This document shows, piece after piece, positions 24,990-35,919 of a stretch of DNA of 64,000 nt. The position numbers and the translations under genes were made by a program. Every line of letters starts with the position of its first letter. The stretch's first letter is position 1. The stretch is taken from NCBI GenBank assembly GCA_965226495.1, contig OZ245365.1, positions 5,504,001-5,568,000 of the forward strand. The letters run 5' to 3'. Source of the stretch: Candidatus Marinacidobacterales bacterium (GTDB lineage Bacteria > Acidobacteriota > Vicinamibacteria > Marinacidobacterales > DATDRI01). The notes under the pieces are model-generated. The model searched no databases. It worked only from the letters and a program-made list of their open reading frames with translations, and was not told the DNA's origin.

Positions 24990-25571
24990 TGAACTTCGCT
25001 CGAGCATGAGGCAGACCGCTTTCGGGTAAGCGCGGTGCTCTTCTTTGAGAATACGAGCGGAGAGTGTCTCTTCCGTGTCGTCGTCCTTAACGGCTACCGC
25101 GGTCTGGAGCACGATGGGACCATGGTCCAACTCCTCGTCGACGACGTGCACCGTACAGCCGGAAACCTTGACGCCGTGCTCTAGAGCTTGGCGTTGGGCA
25201 TGGAGCCCAGGAAAAGACGGCAGAAGCGAGGGGTGTATATTAAGGATGTGATTCGGAAACGTGCGCACAAATACCGGAGACAAAAGCCTCATGAAGCCGG
25301 CTAGGCACACCAGGTCCACTTCATGTCGTAGGAGCTCGTCGACGACGGCTCGATCGAACTCTTCCCGAGAAGAAAAACTCCTGTGATCGACGACCGCAGT
25401 CGGAACCCCCGCTTCCGTTGCGTGGGTGAGCCCCGCCGCCGTCGCCAGATTGCTAAGAACGATCCCGATCCGCGCGTCCAGCTCACCTTGACGAATCGCA
25501 TCGAGAATGGCCAGGAGATTCGAGCCCCTTCCAGAGATCAAGACTCCGAGCGTACGGCCGTCCGCGCTCAA
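24960..25571 (-). CDS. purN: Phosphoribosylglycinamide formyltransferase
   Basis: [35 protein letters not shown]. Confidence 0.97.
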   Translation of the reverse strand: MSADGRTLGVLISGRGSNLLAILDAIRQGELDARIGIVLSNLATAAGLTHATEAGVPTAVVDHRSFSSREEFDRAVVDELLRHEVDLVCLAGFMRLLSPVFVRTFPNHILNIHPSLLPSFPGLHAQRQALEHGVKVSGCTVHVVDEELDHGPIVLQTAVAVKDDDTEETLSARILKEEHRAYPKAVCLMLERSSPSPSGRGLG

Positions 25572-26593
25572 AGCGATCCCTCGTAAAGGACTTCGCGGTC
25601 GCCGGTAACGATCTCTCCAATCACCAACGGCGCGTGGCTCGACAGCAGCTCGAGGGCTTCCTTTCGATGCGGGCTCGCCACCATGACCACCATGCCGATC
25701 CCCACGTTGAACGCGCGCAGCATCTCGCTCTCAGAAACGGAGCCCTTACGCCTCAGGTAGTCGAAGAGCTTCGGGAGCGCCCAACTGCCCAAGCGAACCC
25801 GAGCCGAGGTGCCGCGCGGCAAGACGCGCGGAATGTTGTCGGTGAGGCCGCCGCCTGTAATGTGGGCCATCGCCTTGACCAACCGCTTTTCGAGAAGCGG
25901 CTCTAACAAAGGAAGGTAGCACCGGTGTGGCGCGAGGAGGAGATCGGCGACCGAAGCACCTAATTCTTCCACGACGCTATCTGGACTCAACGCTTCCTGG
26001 TCGAAGAGAATCTTCCGGGCCAGTGAGTATCCGTTGGTATGGAGACCGGTGGAGCCGAGTCCAATCAGCACGTCGCCGGGCACGACACTCGACCCATCGA
26101 TGATGTTCTCTCGCTCCACGACACCGACGATGGTCCCCGCCAGATCGTACTCGCCATCCTGATAGAACCCGGGCATCTCGGCCGTCTCGCCGCCCAGGAG
26201 CGACACCCCAAACTCCTCACAAGCCCGAGCGATTCCGGAAACCACCGCCTCTGCCACGTCGGGCACGAGCTTCCCCATCGCCAAGTAGTCGAGGAAGAAG
26301 AGAGGGTGGGCCCCCTGCACAAGAATGTCGTTGATACAGTGGGAGACGAGATCGTAACCCACCGTGTCGTGACGGCCGGAGGAGAAAGCGACTTTCAGCT
26401 TCGTCCCGACTCCGTCCGCGCTGGCGACCAAGACCGGCTCGCGGTACTTGCTGGTGTCCAGACGGAAGAGCCCCCCGAAGCTTCCGATGTCTCCAAGGGT
26501 TCCAGGGGTGAAGGTCTTACGAGCCAGCCGGCGGATCTTCTCCATGGTTTTGGCCGCCGCATCGATATCGACTCCCGCCGAGGAATAGTCCAA
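25568..26593 (-). CDS. purM: AIR synthetase
   Basis: YSSAGVDID, DGVGTKL, GGETAEMPG, HTNGYSL, HITGGG, FNVGIG. Confidence 0.97.
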   Translation of the reverse strand: MDYSSAGVDIDAAAKTMEKIRRLARKTFTPGTLGDIGSFGGLFRLDTSKYREPVLVASADGVGTKLKVAFSSGRHDTVGYDLVSHCINDILVQGAHPLFFLDYLAMGKLVPDVAEAVVSGIARACEEFGVSLLGGETAEMPGFYQDGEYDLAGTIVGVVERENIIDGSSVVPGDVLIGLGSTGLHTNGYSLARKILFDQEALSPDSVVEELGASVADLLLAPHRCYLPLLEPLLEKRLVKAMAHITGGGLTDNIPRVLPRGTSARVRLGSWALPKLFDYLRRKGSVSESEMLRAFNVGIGMVVMVASPHRKEALELLSSHAPLVIGEIVTGDREVLYEGSL

Positions 26594-26608
26594 TAGTTGC
26601 TTACCTTA

Positions 26609-26687
26609 CCCTCACGCCGACCCTCTCCCCAAGGGAGAGGGAGAAGATCAATTGCCCTCACCCCATCCCTCTCCCAGAGGGAGAGGG
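26609..26687. repeat. Two tandem 33-bp REP-like repeats (26609-26641, 26655-26687)
   Basis: CCCTCAC-CC--CCCTCTCCC-NNN-GGGAGAGGG, same family as 24957-24989. Confidence 0.85.
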
Positions 26688-26777
26688 AGAATTTTCAGGG
26701 CATTATGTCACCTTGACTCATCCCAAGAGAAGCTATAGGCTTCGCCTCCGTAGGGGAGCTTCATGGAGGTTGAGAAA

Positions 26778-27401
26778 ATGTCGAAGAGATCAATTCTGCT
26801 GAGCATGGCAGTCGCCGGCTTGGCTCTTTCCACGTCACTATTGCTAGCCCAGGACGCGAAGTTCAATGCATTCGATGGCGAATCCGAACGCGGTAGCACC
26901 AGCATCGCCTATTTCAGCCAACCCTCGGAGGACGAATTCAATGCGGAGGGAGGGTTTGTCATCACGTACGGTCGGCCCGAGTGGAAGGCCGAGTATGACG
27001 CTCAGTTCGATGAACTGACCAAAGGAAAGCGGTGGCGCTTCGGGAGCAATTCCTGGACGACCTTGGATACGAACATCCCGCTCAAGATTGCGGGAGCCAA
27101 AGTCGGCCCGGGTTACTACTACCTCGTCCTCGAGCGCGGCCAGGGTGACGACTGGTCGCTGGTAATTCTCGACCCCAAACCGCTGCAGAAGAAAAAGATG
27201 GCTGCCTCTGGGGCGGAGGAGACTTCCGGGGGCATCAACGCTCCGTTGAAAGCGAGCATGACTGCGGAACCTGCCACAAGGCTCACGGTAAACTTAACCA
27301 AGAATGAAAACGACCTAACGAAGGCGTCGTTGGATATTCAATGGGGCAAGCGCAAGCTCTCCGCTCCGATCGACGTGGGAGTCGAAGTCCCGAGCTCCTA
27401 G
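26778..27401 (+). CDS. Secreted DUF2911-like protein
   Basis: Signal peptide; ITYGRP, WRFGSN, PGYY, IQWG pattern; GGAGG SD before ATG 26778. Confidence 0.75.
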   Translation: MSKRSILLSMAVAGLALSTSLLLAQDAKFNAFDGESERGSTSIAYFSQPSEDEFNAEGGFVITYGRPEWKAEYDAQFDELTKGKRWRFGSNSWTTLDTNIPLKIAGAKVGPGYYYLVLERGQGDDWSLVILDPKPLQKKKMAASGAEETSGGINAPLKASMTAEPATRLTVNLTKNENDLTKASLDIQWGKRKLSAPIDVGVEVPSS

Positions 27402-27463
27402 ATACCGCTGTCCCCAGAGTGGCGTAGCCGCCCGGGTAGAGCGGCTGCGCCCTTTCTTCTTTC

Positions 27464-27913
27464 CTAGCTCTTCTTTCTCACGATACGATCCAGCGAAAAG
27501 CGGCCCGCCCCCATCAAAACCAAGGCAACAAAGATCAGAAAATAGAGGAGCGCCTTCTCTGGATCTCGCCAGCCCTCGATGGTCTCCTCCGATGCTTGGT
27601 AGAGGCCGAGCCAGACGAGTACGTGCAGCTGAAATTGGTGACGTAAGGTCCCAGCGATCAACATGGTGAAAGCGGAAAAGGACGCTGCCCAGCGAGTAAA
27701 GAGTCCGAACGCGACGAGAAGACCGCCCGCGAATTCCGCGAGCGCCGCCGCCCAGGCGAACACACCGGGCAGTGGAAACCCCAACCGAGCAACCCCCTCG
27801 ATGAAGCCAGCAGCGTCTCCCGAAACAAGGGCCGCGATCTTTCCCCAACCATGCGCCAAAGCAAGTCCGACACCGGCCAAACGCAACACCAACAAAGCCA
27901 CGTCTTTCGTCAT
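27464..27913 (-). CDS. DoxX family membrane protein
   Basis: LLVLR..HGWGK, EFAGG..GLFTR, GAGRFSLD. Confidence 0.9.
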   Translation of the reverse strand: MTKDVALLVLRLAGVGLALAHGWGKIAALVSGDAAGFIEGVARLGFPLPGVFAWAAALAEFAGGLLVAFGLFTRWAASFSAFTMLIAGTLRHQFQLHVLVWLGLYQASEETIEGWRDPEKALLYFLIFVALVLMGAGRFSLDRIVRKKS

Positions 27914-27941
27914 CGTTTATTCCATCTCCCTAACACACCGG

Positions 27942-30900
27942 TCACCTTTGTGATGGCTTGGTTATGACTTCTTGGTGAATCTCTTGAAGGCTTCTTGGAT
28001 CGAATCGACCTTGTTTCAGTGCTTCGATACCGGCGACGGTCGCGTTGGCGCCGGTGAGAGTCGTGATGCAGAGGATGCCATGCTGTATGGCCGTCATGCG
28101 AATCGCTTCTTCGTCATAGAAAGACTTTCTTCCGAGGGGCGTATTCACTATCAGGTCGACCTTGCCGCTGATCAGATGATCGACGATATGCGGACGTCCT
28201 TCGTTTACTTTGAACACTCGCTCGGCGGATAGCCCGTTGGACTCGAGAAACGCCGCCGTCCCACGGCTGGCCACGAGGCGGAACCCCAGTCGCGATAATC
28301 GTCGCGCCACCGACACTAGGCCCGTCTTATCATTATTGTTTACGGAGAGGAAAGCGGTTCCAGACGTCGGCACCTTGTGGCCGGCCGCTATTTGCGCCTT
28401 CGCAAAGGCGCATCCGAAATCATAGGAGATACCCATGACCTCACCGGTCGACTTCATTTCGGGTCCGAGAAGGGTATCGACCCCGGGAAATTTCACGAAG
28501 GGAAACACTGGAACTTTGATGGAGACTTGCGGGACCGGGAGCTCTGGGGGTAGCCCCAGGGAAGCCACCGATTCACCCAACATGACCCGAATCGCCGCCT
28601 CAACGAGGGAAACACCGGTCGCCTTGCTTACGAACGGAACGGTTCGAGACGCTCTCGGGTTGGCCTCGAGCACGTAGACTGTCCCATCTTTAATCGCGTA
28701 CTGGACGTTGATGAGTCCCTTCACTTGGAGCGCTCGCGCTATCTCTCGCGTATAGTTTCGGATCGTGTCGAGATGCGCCGGCTCTACCAGATAGGGAGGT
28801 AGGACGCTCGAGCTATCCCCAGAATGAATCCCCGCTTCCTCGATATGCTCCATGATCCCGCCGATCACAACGTCCACCCCATCGGACAAAGCGTCGACAT
28901 CGACCTCGAACGCATCCTCCAGAAAGCGGTCGATGTAGACCGGATGAGAAGGTGAAGCCGCAACGGCATGGCTCATATATCCCCCGAGGTATTCACGGTC
29001 GTAAGCGATAGCCATCGCACGACCGCCCAACACGTAAGACGGGCGCACCAAGATGGGGTAGCCGATGGCCGACGCCGCCTCGAGGGCCTCCGCGATCGAG
29101 CTGGCCGTGGCGCTCTCGGGTTGTGGAATTCCTAGCTTGGCTAGGAGCGACGAAAACCGCTGGCGGTCCTCTGCGATGTCGATGCTGTCCGGCGAAGTAC
29201 CAAGGATGGATACTCCCGCAGCTTCCAGCGCACGCGACAGCTTGAGCGGCGTCTGTCCCCCCAATTGCACGATGGCCGCTTCGGGCCGTTCGGCGTCCAC
29301 GATGTGAAGGACATCCTCCAAAGTGAGCGGCTCGAAGTAGAGTCGATCCGAGGTGTCGTAGTCCGTCGAGACCGTCTCCGGGTTGCAGTTGACCATGATG
29401 GACTCTATTCCTCGGTCCCGAAGCGCGTAAGCCGCCTGACAGCAACAGTAGTCGAACTCGATGCCTTGCCCGATTCGATTGGGGCCACTCCCCAAGATCA
29501 CTAGCTTGCGCCGATCGCTCGGCTCCACTTCGCTCTCCGATTGGTATGTGGAGTAGAGGTACGGCGTGTGGGAAGCGAACTCCGCAGCGCAGGTGTCGAC
29601 CCGCTTGAAAACCGGCACGATGTGCTGCCTTGTTCTCTCTTGTCGGATCGACTCCTCGCTGGTGTTGGTCAGAACTGAAATTTGTCGGTCTGAGAAACCA
29701 CAGGCCTTCGCCTCGGCGAGAAGCCCATCGAAACCCTCCGAAACAAGCCGGTCCTTGAGCTCAACGATGATACGGAGCTGTTCTAGAAACCACGGGTCGA
29801 CTTTGCTGAGTCGGTGAATCTCCTCAATCGAAAACCCTTGCGACAGAGCGCCAATCAACTGCGCCAGCCGATCCGGCGTCGGTACCGGAAGGAGTTGTCG
29901 GAGCTTGCTAGGATCCACCGGCTCGGCGTTCAAGACACTGGTCCCTTCGTCGTTCCGCTCGAGCGAACGGAGCGCCTTCAATAGCGCCTCTCGAAAGTTG
30001 GACCCGAGGGCCATGACTTCCCCGACCGATTTCATTTGCGTCCCCAGCGTCGGGTCAGCCTTGGGAAATTTCTTGAAGTTCCACCGTGGCATCTTGACCA
30101 CCACGTAATCGATGGTGGGCTCGAAGCTTGCGGGAGTGGTGCGGGTGATGTCGTTCTCGATCTCGTCCAAACGATAGCCGATCGCAACCTTCGCGGCGAT
30201 CTTGGCGATCGGGAAGCCGGTCGCCTTGGAGGCCAAGGCCGAGCTGCGAGAGACACGCGGGTTCATCTCGATGATCACCATGCGCCCCGTCGAAGGCTCG
30301 ACGGCGAACTGGATGTTGCTGCCCCCCGTCTCCACGCCAACCGCATCGATGACACGACGAGCTTGATCGCGCATCTGCTGGTATTCCACATCGGTCAACG
30401 TTTGCGCTGGCGCAACAGTGATGGAGTCCCCGGTATGAACCCCCATCGGATCGAGGTTTTCGATCGAACAGATAACGGTAAAGTTCGAAGCGCCGTCCCG
30501 CATTACTTCGAGCTCGAACTCTTTCCAGCCCAACAGGGACTCTTCAATCAGTACACGCCCTACCGGCGAGAGGAAGAGCCCGCGTCGCATCAGCTCAATG
30601 AACTCGTCCAAGTTGTAAGCAATGCCTCCGCCCGCCCCACCCAAGGTGAAGGACGGCCGTATGATCGCGGGGTAACCTATCTCTTCGACGAGCGCGACGG
30701 CTTCTTCGACGCTCCCTGCATCACCGCTCTCCGGAACGTCGAGACCCGCCTCGGTCATCGCTTGCTTGAATAGTTGTCGATCTTCGGCGAGTTTCACCGC
30801 TTCGAGATTGGCACCGATGAGGCGGACACCGTAGCGATCGAGCACACCCGAATCGGCGAGCTCCACGGCAAGATTGAGTCCGGTCTGCCCACCGACGGTC

Positions 30901-31163
30901 GGAAGGAGCGCATCGGGCCGTTCCCGTTCGATGATGGGTTCGACAAACTTGCCGTTTAGAGGCTCGATATAGGTGCGGTCGGCGAGCCCCGGATCGGTCA
31001 TGATCGTCGCCGGGTTCGAGTTCACGAGGATGACCCGAACCCCTTCGCTACGCAACACCTTCACTGCCTGCGTCCCCGCGTAGTCGAACTCGGCGGCTTG
31101 ACCGATGACGATCGGGCCCGAGCCCACCACCAAAACGCTTCCGATACTCTTGTCTCGGGGCAT
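27942..31163 (-). CDS. carB: Carbamoyl-phosphate synthase large subunit
   Basis: [15 protein letters not shown], duplicated ATP-grasp (HTGDS/HSGDS), C-terminal MGS domain; 1073 aa. Confidence 0.98.
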   Translation of the reverse strand: MPRDKSIGSVLVVGSGPIVIGQAAEFDYAGTQAVKVLRSEGVRVILVNSNPATIMTDPGLADRTYIEPLNGKFVEPIIERERPDALLPTVGGQTGLNLAVELADSGVLDRYGVRLIGANLEAVKLAEDRQLFKQAMTEAGLDVPESGDAGSVEEAVALVEEIGYPAIIRPSFTLGGAGGGIAYNLDEFIELMRRGLFLSPVGRVLIEESLLGWKEFELEVMRDGASNFTVICSIENLDPMGVHTGDSITVAPAQTLTDVEYQQMRDQARRVIDAVGVETGGSNIQFAVEPSTGRMVIIEMNPRVSRSSALASKATGFPIAKIAAKVAIGYRLDEIENDITRTTPASFEPTIDYVVVKMPRWNFKKFPKADPTLGTQMKSVGEVMALGSNFREALLKALRSLERNDEGTSVLNAEPVDPSKLRQLLPVPTPDRLAQLIGALSQGFSIEEIHRLSKVDPWFLEQLRIIVELKDRLVSEGFDGLLAEAKACGFSDRQISVLTNTSEESIRQERTRQHIVPVFKRVDTCAAEFASHTPYLYSTYQSESEVEPSDRRKLVILGSGPNRIGQGIEFDYCCCQAAYALRDRGIESIMVNCNPETVSTDYDTSDRLYFEPLTLEDVLHIVDAERPEAAIVQLGGQTPLKLSRALEAAGVSILGTSPDSIDIAEDRQRFSSLLAKLGIPQPESATASSIAEALEAASAIGYPILVRPSYVLGGRAMAIAYDREYLGGYMSHAVAASPSHPVYIDRFLEDAFEVDVDALSDGVDVVIGGIMEHIEEAGIHSGDSSSVLPPYLVEPAHLDTIRNYTREIARALQVKGLINVQYAIKDGTVYVLEANPRASRTVPFVSKATGVSLVEAAIRVMLGESVASLGLPPELPVPQVSIKVPVFPFVKFPGVDTLLGPEMKSTGEVMGISYDFGCAFAKAQIAAGHKVPTSGTAFLSVNNNDKTGLVSVARRLSRLGFRLVASRGTAAFLESNGLSAERVFKVNEGRPHIVDHLISGKVDLIVNTPLGRKSFYDEEAIRMTAIQHGILCITTLTGANATVAGIEALKQGRFDPRSLQEIHQEVITKPSQR

Positions 31164-31165
31164 AC

Positions 31166-32254
31166 TCAGCCTCTCCGATCCTCGAGCATCTTCAAGAAGT
31201 CTTCGAAAAGATAATGCGCGTCGTGTGGGCCTGGTGAAGCTTCGGGATGATATTGAACACTCATCGTCGGGGCGTTTTTGAGGCGAAAGCCCTCCAGTGT
31301 GCCGTCATTCAAGTTGAAGTGAGTGAGTTCCACAGAAAGACCCCGTAACGAATCCTCCTCCACGGCGAATCCGTGGTTTTGCGAAGTGATCTCCACCGCA
31401 CCGTCGGAAGCCCGCTTCACCGGATGGTTCGCCCCGTGATGGCCGAACGGTAGCTTGAAGGTTTTGCCGCCGACCGCAAGGCCAAGCACTTGGTGTCCGA
31501 GGCAGATTCCGAAGACCGGTAAGCGTTCCACGAGCTCTTTGGCGGCTTCGACAGCGTACGTGAGCGGCTCCGGATCGCCGGGCCCGTTGGAGAAGAAGAT
31601 GCCGTCGGGCTCGAGAGATAACGCGTCGCGTGCCGGGGTCTGGGCAGGTACGACCGTGGTGCGAATGCCGCAAGCGGCGAGACTTCGGAGAATTCCTCGC
31701 TTCATCCCCAGATCGTAGGCCACCACGTGGAATCGTTCTTGCGCAGTAGCCGGCCAAAAATATGGCTCGCGGCAGGTCACAACCTTCACTAAATCCGCGC
31801 CGATCATCTCCGGGATACTGCGAGCCTTCTCCGCATGCTCTCGGACAGGAGCCTCGGTCGTCGTCAGGACCGCACGCATCGCCCCCTTCGAGCGAATGTG
31901 CCGCGTCAGGGCGCGGGTATCGATACCGCAAATGGCAGGAATACCGTGTTCGGTCAGGTAACTCCCCAGCGTGCCCTCGGCACGGTGATTGCTCGCCACC
32001 GGGGAAGGCTCACGTACAACGAGGGCTGAGACTTGCGGACGGTCGGACTCGACGTCCTCGGAATTGACCCCGTAGTTGCCTATGTGCGGATAGGTAAGGG
32101 TGACGATCTGCCCGCAGTAGGAGGGATCGGTGAGGATTTCTTGATAACCAGTCAGTGCCGTATTGAAAACGATTTCGCCCGTAGCGTCACAGGCAGCACC
32201 AAAGGACCGACCCTCGAATGAGTGCCCATCCTCCAGTACTAAGTATGCTTTCAC
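31166..32254 (-). CDS. carA: Carbamoyl-phosphate synthase small subunit
   Basis: [35 protein letters not shown]; start GTG 32254. Confidence 0.97.
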   Translation of the reverse strand: MKAYLVLEDGHSFEGRSFGAACDATGEIVFNTALTGYQEILTDPSYCGQIVTLTYPHIGNYGVNSEDVESDRPQVSALVVREPSPVASNHRAEGTLGSYLTEHGIPAICGIDTRALTRHIRSKGAMRAVLTTTEAPVREHAEKARSIPEMIGADLVKVVTCREPYFWPATAQERFHVVAYDLGMKRGILRSLAACGIRTTVVPAQTPARDALSLEPDGIFFSNGPGDPEPLTYAVEAAKELVERLPVFGICLGHQVLGLAVGGKTFKLPFGHHGANHPVKRASDGAVEITSQNHGFAVEEDSLRGLSVELTHFNLNDGTLEGFRLKNAPTMSVQYHPEASPGPHDAHYLFEDFLKMLEDRRG

Positions 32255-32452
32255 CCTAAGAGAGACCCTGGGGATTCTAGACCATCCTGGCCGAAATGCA
32301 AAAAGCAAAATGGGCGCATTCGCGATCCTGGCTGGCGCCAAAATGTGCCGTCGCCCTACCGACTTGGCCGGGCGCCCATTAGCCAGCGTGGTAACATGAC
32401 TCCCGCGAGCGCGGCGAGACCAACATCTTCATCGCCGACTGGAGCCCTTGAG

Positions 32453-33565
32453 ATGACCCGCGAAGCGCCCGATGTCGTCATCATAGGAGGCGGCGTCATC
32501 GGTTCGGCGATCGCGCTCCGCCTGGCCCAGGAAAAACTCCGCGTCACGGTACTGGATCAATCGGAGCCTGGCCGGAAGGCCTCAGGGGTCGCGGCGGGAA
32601 TTCTGTCCACGCAAGCGGAGTCCAACGGCCCGACCCCCTTCTTCCAGCTCGCGCACGCGAGTCGAGCGCTCTATCCATCCTTTGCCGAAGAGCTCCGGGA
32701 AACGACGGGCATGGACGTGGAGCTTCGACTGGACGGCGTGGTCTCGGTGGCGGAGAACGAAACCGAGGACGAGGAACTTGCCGCTCGGTTCCAGTGGCAG
32801 AGCGGGGCAGGGCTCGCGGTGGAAAGACTGTCGGCCAAAGAGCTAACCCAGCTCGAACCGTCACTTCGCCCGGGCCTACGGGGAGGCATCTTTTTTCCGA
32901 ACGACGGTCATGTCGTGGGTCCACGGGTTACCGAGGCCGTGATCCGAGCCGCCGCTAGCTCCGGCGTACGTTTCGAGTCCGGAAACCCTGCTCGGCGGAT
33001 TCTGCACGAAAACGGTAGAGTGACCGGTGTGGAAACGGCGAACGGCTTCGTAGCCTGCGCCCAAGCCGTTAATGCCGCGGGGGCGTGGTCGGGTTTCGAT
33101 TCGACGCTGCCGTTTGCGGTTCCGATTCGCCCTGCCCGGGGGGACATCGTGGCTCTCAGGGGACAGCCGGTACCGCGGCATGTGGTCTACTCACACGAAC
33201 TTTATGTCGTGCCCCGACTCGACGGTCGTATCCTATTGGGAGCAACGATGGAGTTCGCCGGCTTCGATAGCACTGTCAAGGCAGCCGGTGTCCAGAAGCT
33301 CATGACGAGGTGCTTCGGGCTTCTTCCTTATCTAGAAGGTGCGGAGTTCGATTCCGCCTGGGCGGGACTTCGACCTTGCGCGCCCGACCAATTACCCATC
33401 CTCGGCACCACTCCCATCGAGGGACTCCACGTGGCGACCGGTCATTGCCGGAACGGCATTCTGTTAGCTCCCGTTACGGCTCGAATCGCGGCCGATATCA
33501 TCGCCCATGGGACGTCGGAGCTCGACGTTTCTCCGTTTTCCGTCTCTCGATTCGAAAACGCGTGA
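32453..33565 (+). CDS. thiO: Glycine oxidase (ThiO-like FAD-dependent oxidoreductase)
   Basis: IIGGGVIG, ASGVAAG, AAGAWS, WAGLRP, GHCRNGILLAP. Confidence 0.8.
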   Translation: MTREAPDVVIIGGGVIGSAIALRLAQEKLRVTVLDQSEPGRKASGVAAGILSTQAESNGPTPFFQLAHASRALYPSFAEELRETTGMDVELRLDGVVSVAENETEDEELAARFQWQSGAGLAVERLSAKELTQLEPSLRPGLRGGIFFPNDGHVVGPRVTEAVIRAAASSGVRFESGNPARRILHENGRVTGVETANGFVACAQAVNAAGAWSGFDSTLPFAVPIRPARGDIVALRGQPVPRHVVYSHELYVVPRLDGRILLGATMEFAGFDSTVKAAGVQKLMTRCFGLLPYLEGAEFDSAWAGLRPCAPDQLPILGTTPIEGLHVATGHCRNGILLAPVTARIAADIIAHGTSELDVSPFSVSRFENA

Positions 33566-34248
33566 GCTCTTTCTACCCACCTCTAGAACCGACTCCCGCA
33601 ACACCCACAAGAATCGTCCGGGAAACTCACCTCTCGGGAAAACCGGCGGCCGCTAGTGGTTGGATCGCGCTGGCGAGTGTCGGCGCGCTGTTCTTGGTCT
33701 CCGCGATCTATTGGACGGATTTTCTCGGGCTCACTTCACAGCTCGCCGCAACGCCGGAAATGGTCTTCGACCGCAACGAGTACTGGCGACTCCTCACCGC
33801 CATCGGCACGCATGCGAACTTTCAGCACTTGCTGAGTAATGCCCTCGTTTTCGGAATCTTGAGCTACCTGCTCTACGGCTATTTTGGTCCCGTCGCTTAT
33901 CCGGTGCTCGCAATAGCGGGAGGTGTCGCGGTCATGGCCGTGTCCTTGTCGACGTATCCACCGATGACGATCCTGGTGGGCGCTTCGGGAGTCACGTATC
34001 TGATGGCGGGTTTTTGGCTCACGCTGTATCTTTTCGTCGAGCGACGGTTTTCGCCTGTGAAAAGACTTCTGCGCTCGATAGGATTCAGCCTCATCGTATT
34101 GATGCCAACGGTATTCGAGCCGACGGTGAGCTACCGCACGCACTTGTTCGGTTTTGCAGTCGGTATGGTGCTCGGGCTGGGTTATTTCCAGTTCAATAAG
34201 GTAAGCCTGCGACGTGCCGAGCGCGTCGAGGTCGATCTCGACGACTAG
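33562..34248 (+). CDS. Rhomboid intramembrane serine protease
   Basis: YWRLLT, HANFQHLLSN, VGASG, THLFG; GTG overlaps the upstream stop. Confidence 0.9.
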   Translation: MSSFYPPLEPTPATPTRIVRETHLSGKPAAASGWIALASVGALFLVSAIYWTDFLGLTSQLAATPEMVFDRNEYWRLLTAIGTHANFQHLLSNALVFGILSYLLYGYFGPVAYPVLAIAGGVAVMAVSLSTYPPMTILVGASGVTYLMAGFWLTLYLFVERRFSPVKRLLRSIGFSLIVLMPTVFEPTVSYRTHLFGFAVGMVLGLGYFQFNKVSLRRAERVEVDLDD

Positions 34249-34321
34249 TAGAGCCGTCAGCTGTCCCGCAGCCGCTCGTCGGCGAAGGGACAAGCCGTGG
34301 GGGTGGGGCCCCGCGGCACTA

Positions 34322-34942
34322 CTAGAAGTAGAACCGGAGCTCGTTCTCGCGGACGCTTCGTAACGAAGTGGACAGCTGCTCCAGCAGTGCCACCGCCTGG
34401 CTGCGATACATATCGATCCTCTCCATCCGTCGCTGATCCTTCGGGTCACCACTCTCGAGGTACGACTGGCGTAACTCAGCCAACCGCCCCTCCGCTTCTT
34501 CCAAACTCAATGCAACGGAGATGAAGACCATGAGGTCGAGCTGACGTCGACTGAAGCCTCGACTCTGCCAAACCAGATCTTCGCGTAAGAGCGCTTGCTG
34601 TACCCGCAGGCTGCGTTCGGGATCGAACCCCTCGGCCACTTTCTGTAAGTATGCGGTCGCCGATCGAGTCAGCCGAGGCACGAGGCCATGCGCCTGCTCG
34701 AGAAAGGGACACGGGTCGACTTGGCTCGCCAAAGGTTCCTGAAGGCCGCACCGCCACGCCGTGGTCGGAAGATCCGGGGTATCTTCGCTACCCGGACTCC
34801 CTGGGGTCGAAGTACCACGCGCTCGTACAGATGTAGGCACAATCCCACACCAGATGAAGGAGACTAAGGCCAGCATCGCCGCGCCCCTGGCTATGCCGGG
34901 GACAGCTAACCTTTTGTCTTTTAATGGGTTGACCTTCATCAC
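34322..34942 (-). CDS. Hypothetical exported helical protein
   Basis: 206-aa ORF with GAGGAGG SD and an N-terminal hydrophobic stretch. Confidence 0.65.
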   Translation of the reverse strand: MMKVNPLKDKRLAVPGIARGAAMLALVSFIWCGIVPTSVRARGTSTPGSPGSEDTPDLPTTAWRCGLQEPLASQVDPCPFLEQAHGLVPRLTRSATAYLQKVAEGFDPERSLRVQQALLREDLVWQSRGFSRRQLDLMVFISVALSLEEAEGRLAELRQSYLESGDPKDQRRMERIDMYRSQAVALLEQLSTSLRSVRENELRFYF

Positions 34943-34999
34943 CCCACCTCCTCAGGTTGTGTCGGGAACGTCCTTGTACGTCTTTACTAATGTACATAG

Positions 35000-35014
35000 G
35001 CAAATTGGATGCCA
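35000..35014 (-). promoter_or_regulatory. Sigma54 -24/-12 promoter
   Basis: TGGCATCCAATTTGC (GG-N10-GC), 58 bp upstream of the 34942 start. Confidence 0.7.
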
Positions 35015-35094
35015 GGAATGGGGGAAAATGAGCCGACGGGGGGACGTCCAAACTAGGGTTGTGCCAAGGGGTCGACGTGCGCAGGACGGCGGAC

Positions 35095-35907
35095 TTAGCT
35101 TCGACGAGTTCCCTCGCCGCCATAGGCAAGGGCCATGGCGCGCTCGGTCACCTTGGCGTAAAGACGCCCGAGGGCACCGCGGATCTCCGGGTGTGCCTTC
35201 CAAAACGGAGGAACCCCAAGCCGTTTGAGAAGCGAGACAGACACTGCCGGAGGACCCACCGACACCGCGAAGGTCTTCAGCGAGTCACCGGCCTGCCAGA
35301 ATTGGTCGATGGACTCACGTAGCGAAGGCGCGTTTTCGCGCACCCCGGTACGCCCCGAAGCTTCGGCGGCGCGGCGGCCGCGGAGTGCCTTGAGGATTTT
35401 CTCTCGATCCCGGCCGCGAAGACGGAAGAGCAAGAAAGGATCTTGATCCAATTGCTCTGCTAGAGCGTAGTGCACCGCCGCGATGTGTTTGCATGGATTC
35501 GCGGCATCCGGGCAGGAGCACTCGGTCACCAGATCGCCCTGAGAAGTGGGGAACAAGGACAGTCCCGCGCTTTGAAATGCGTCCTCGATATTCTGTGGCA
35601 TCTCGCCAGCAAGGAGCTTGGCGGCGAACAAAGCTTGAGAGGTAAGAGTTTCCAGGGCTTTTTCCCATTGGGCGCGGGTAAGTGATTTCACCCGGAACGT
35701 CACTCGATAGGGATCGTAGCGAGATCCTTGGATGTCTGCTTCGATTCGCCCGGGTTCGATCTCGAGCCGCAGCACACGACCGGAAGCCGCGTAGCGCCGC
35801 CCTCTCTCTAGTCGGTTGGCCAGGCCGAGAAGCTCGAGGACGGCGATCCAACGCTGTGCCCACCATCGCTCTGCGAAATCGTCTCGTGTCCTGTGCTCGG
35901 AAGTCAT
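35095..35907 (-). CDS. SWIM zinc-finger protein
   Basis: RLERGRRYA, CSCPD-x4-CKH, DPFLLFRLRG. Confidence 0.93.
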   Translation of the reverse strand: MTSEHRTRDDFAERWWAQRWIAVLELLGLANRLERGRRYAASGRVLRLEIEPGRIEADIQGSRYDPYRVTFRVKSLTRAQWEKALETLTSQALFAAKLLAGEMPQNIEDAFQSAGLSLFPTSQGDLVTECSCPDAANPCKHIAAVHYALAEQLDQDPFLLFRLRGRDREKILKALRGRRAAEASGRTGVRENAPSLRESIDQFWQAGDSLKTFAVSVGPPAVSVSLLKRLGVPPFWKAHPEIRGALGRLYAKVTERAMALAYGGEGTRRS

Positions 35908-35919
35908 CGTCTCATCCCA

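Noticed and set aside
32345-32480. TPP riboswitch before the thiO-like gene (GGAG...TGAGA...ACCCG)
   Set aside because: Overlaps the start codon and lacks the ACCTGATC...TAAT...CG-AGG half
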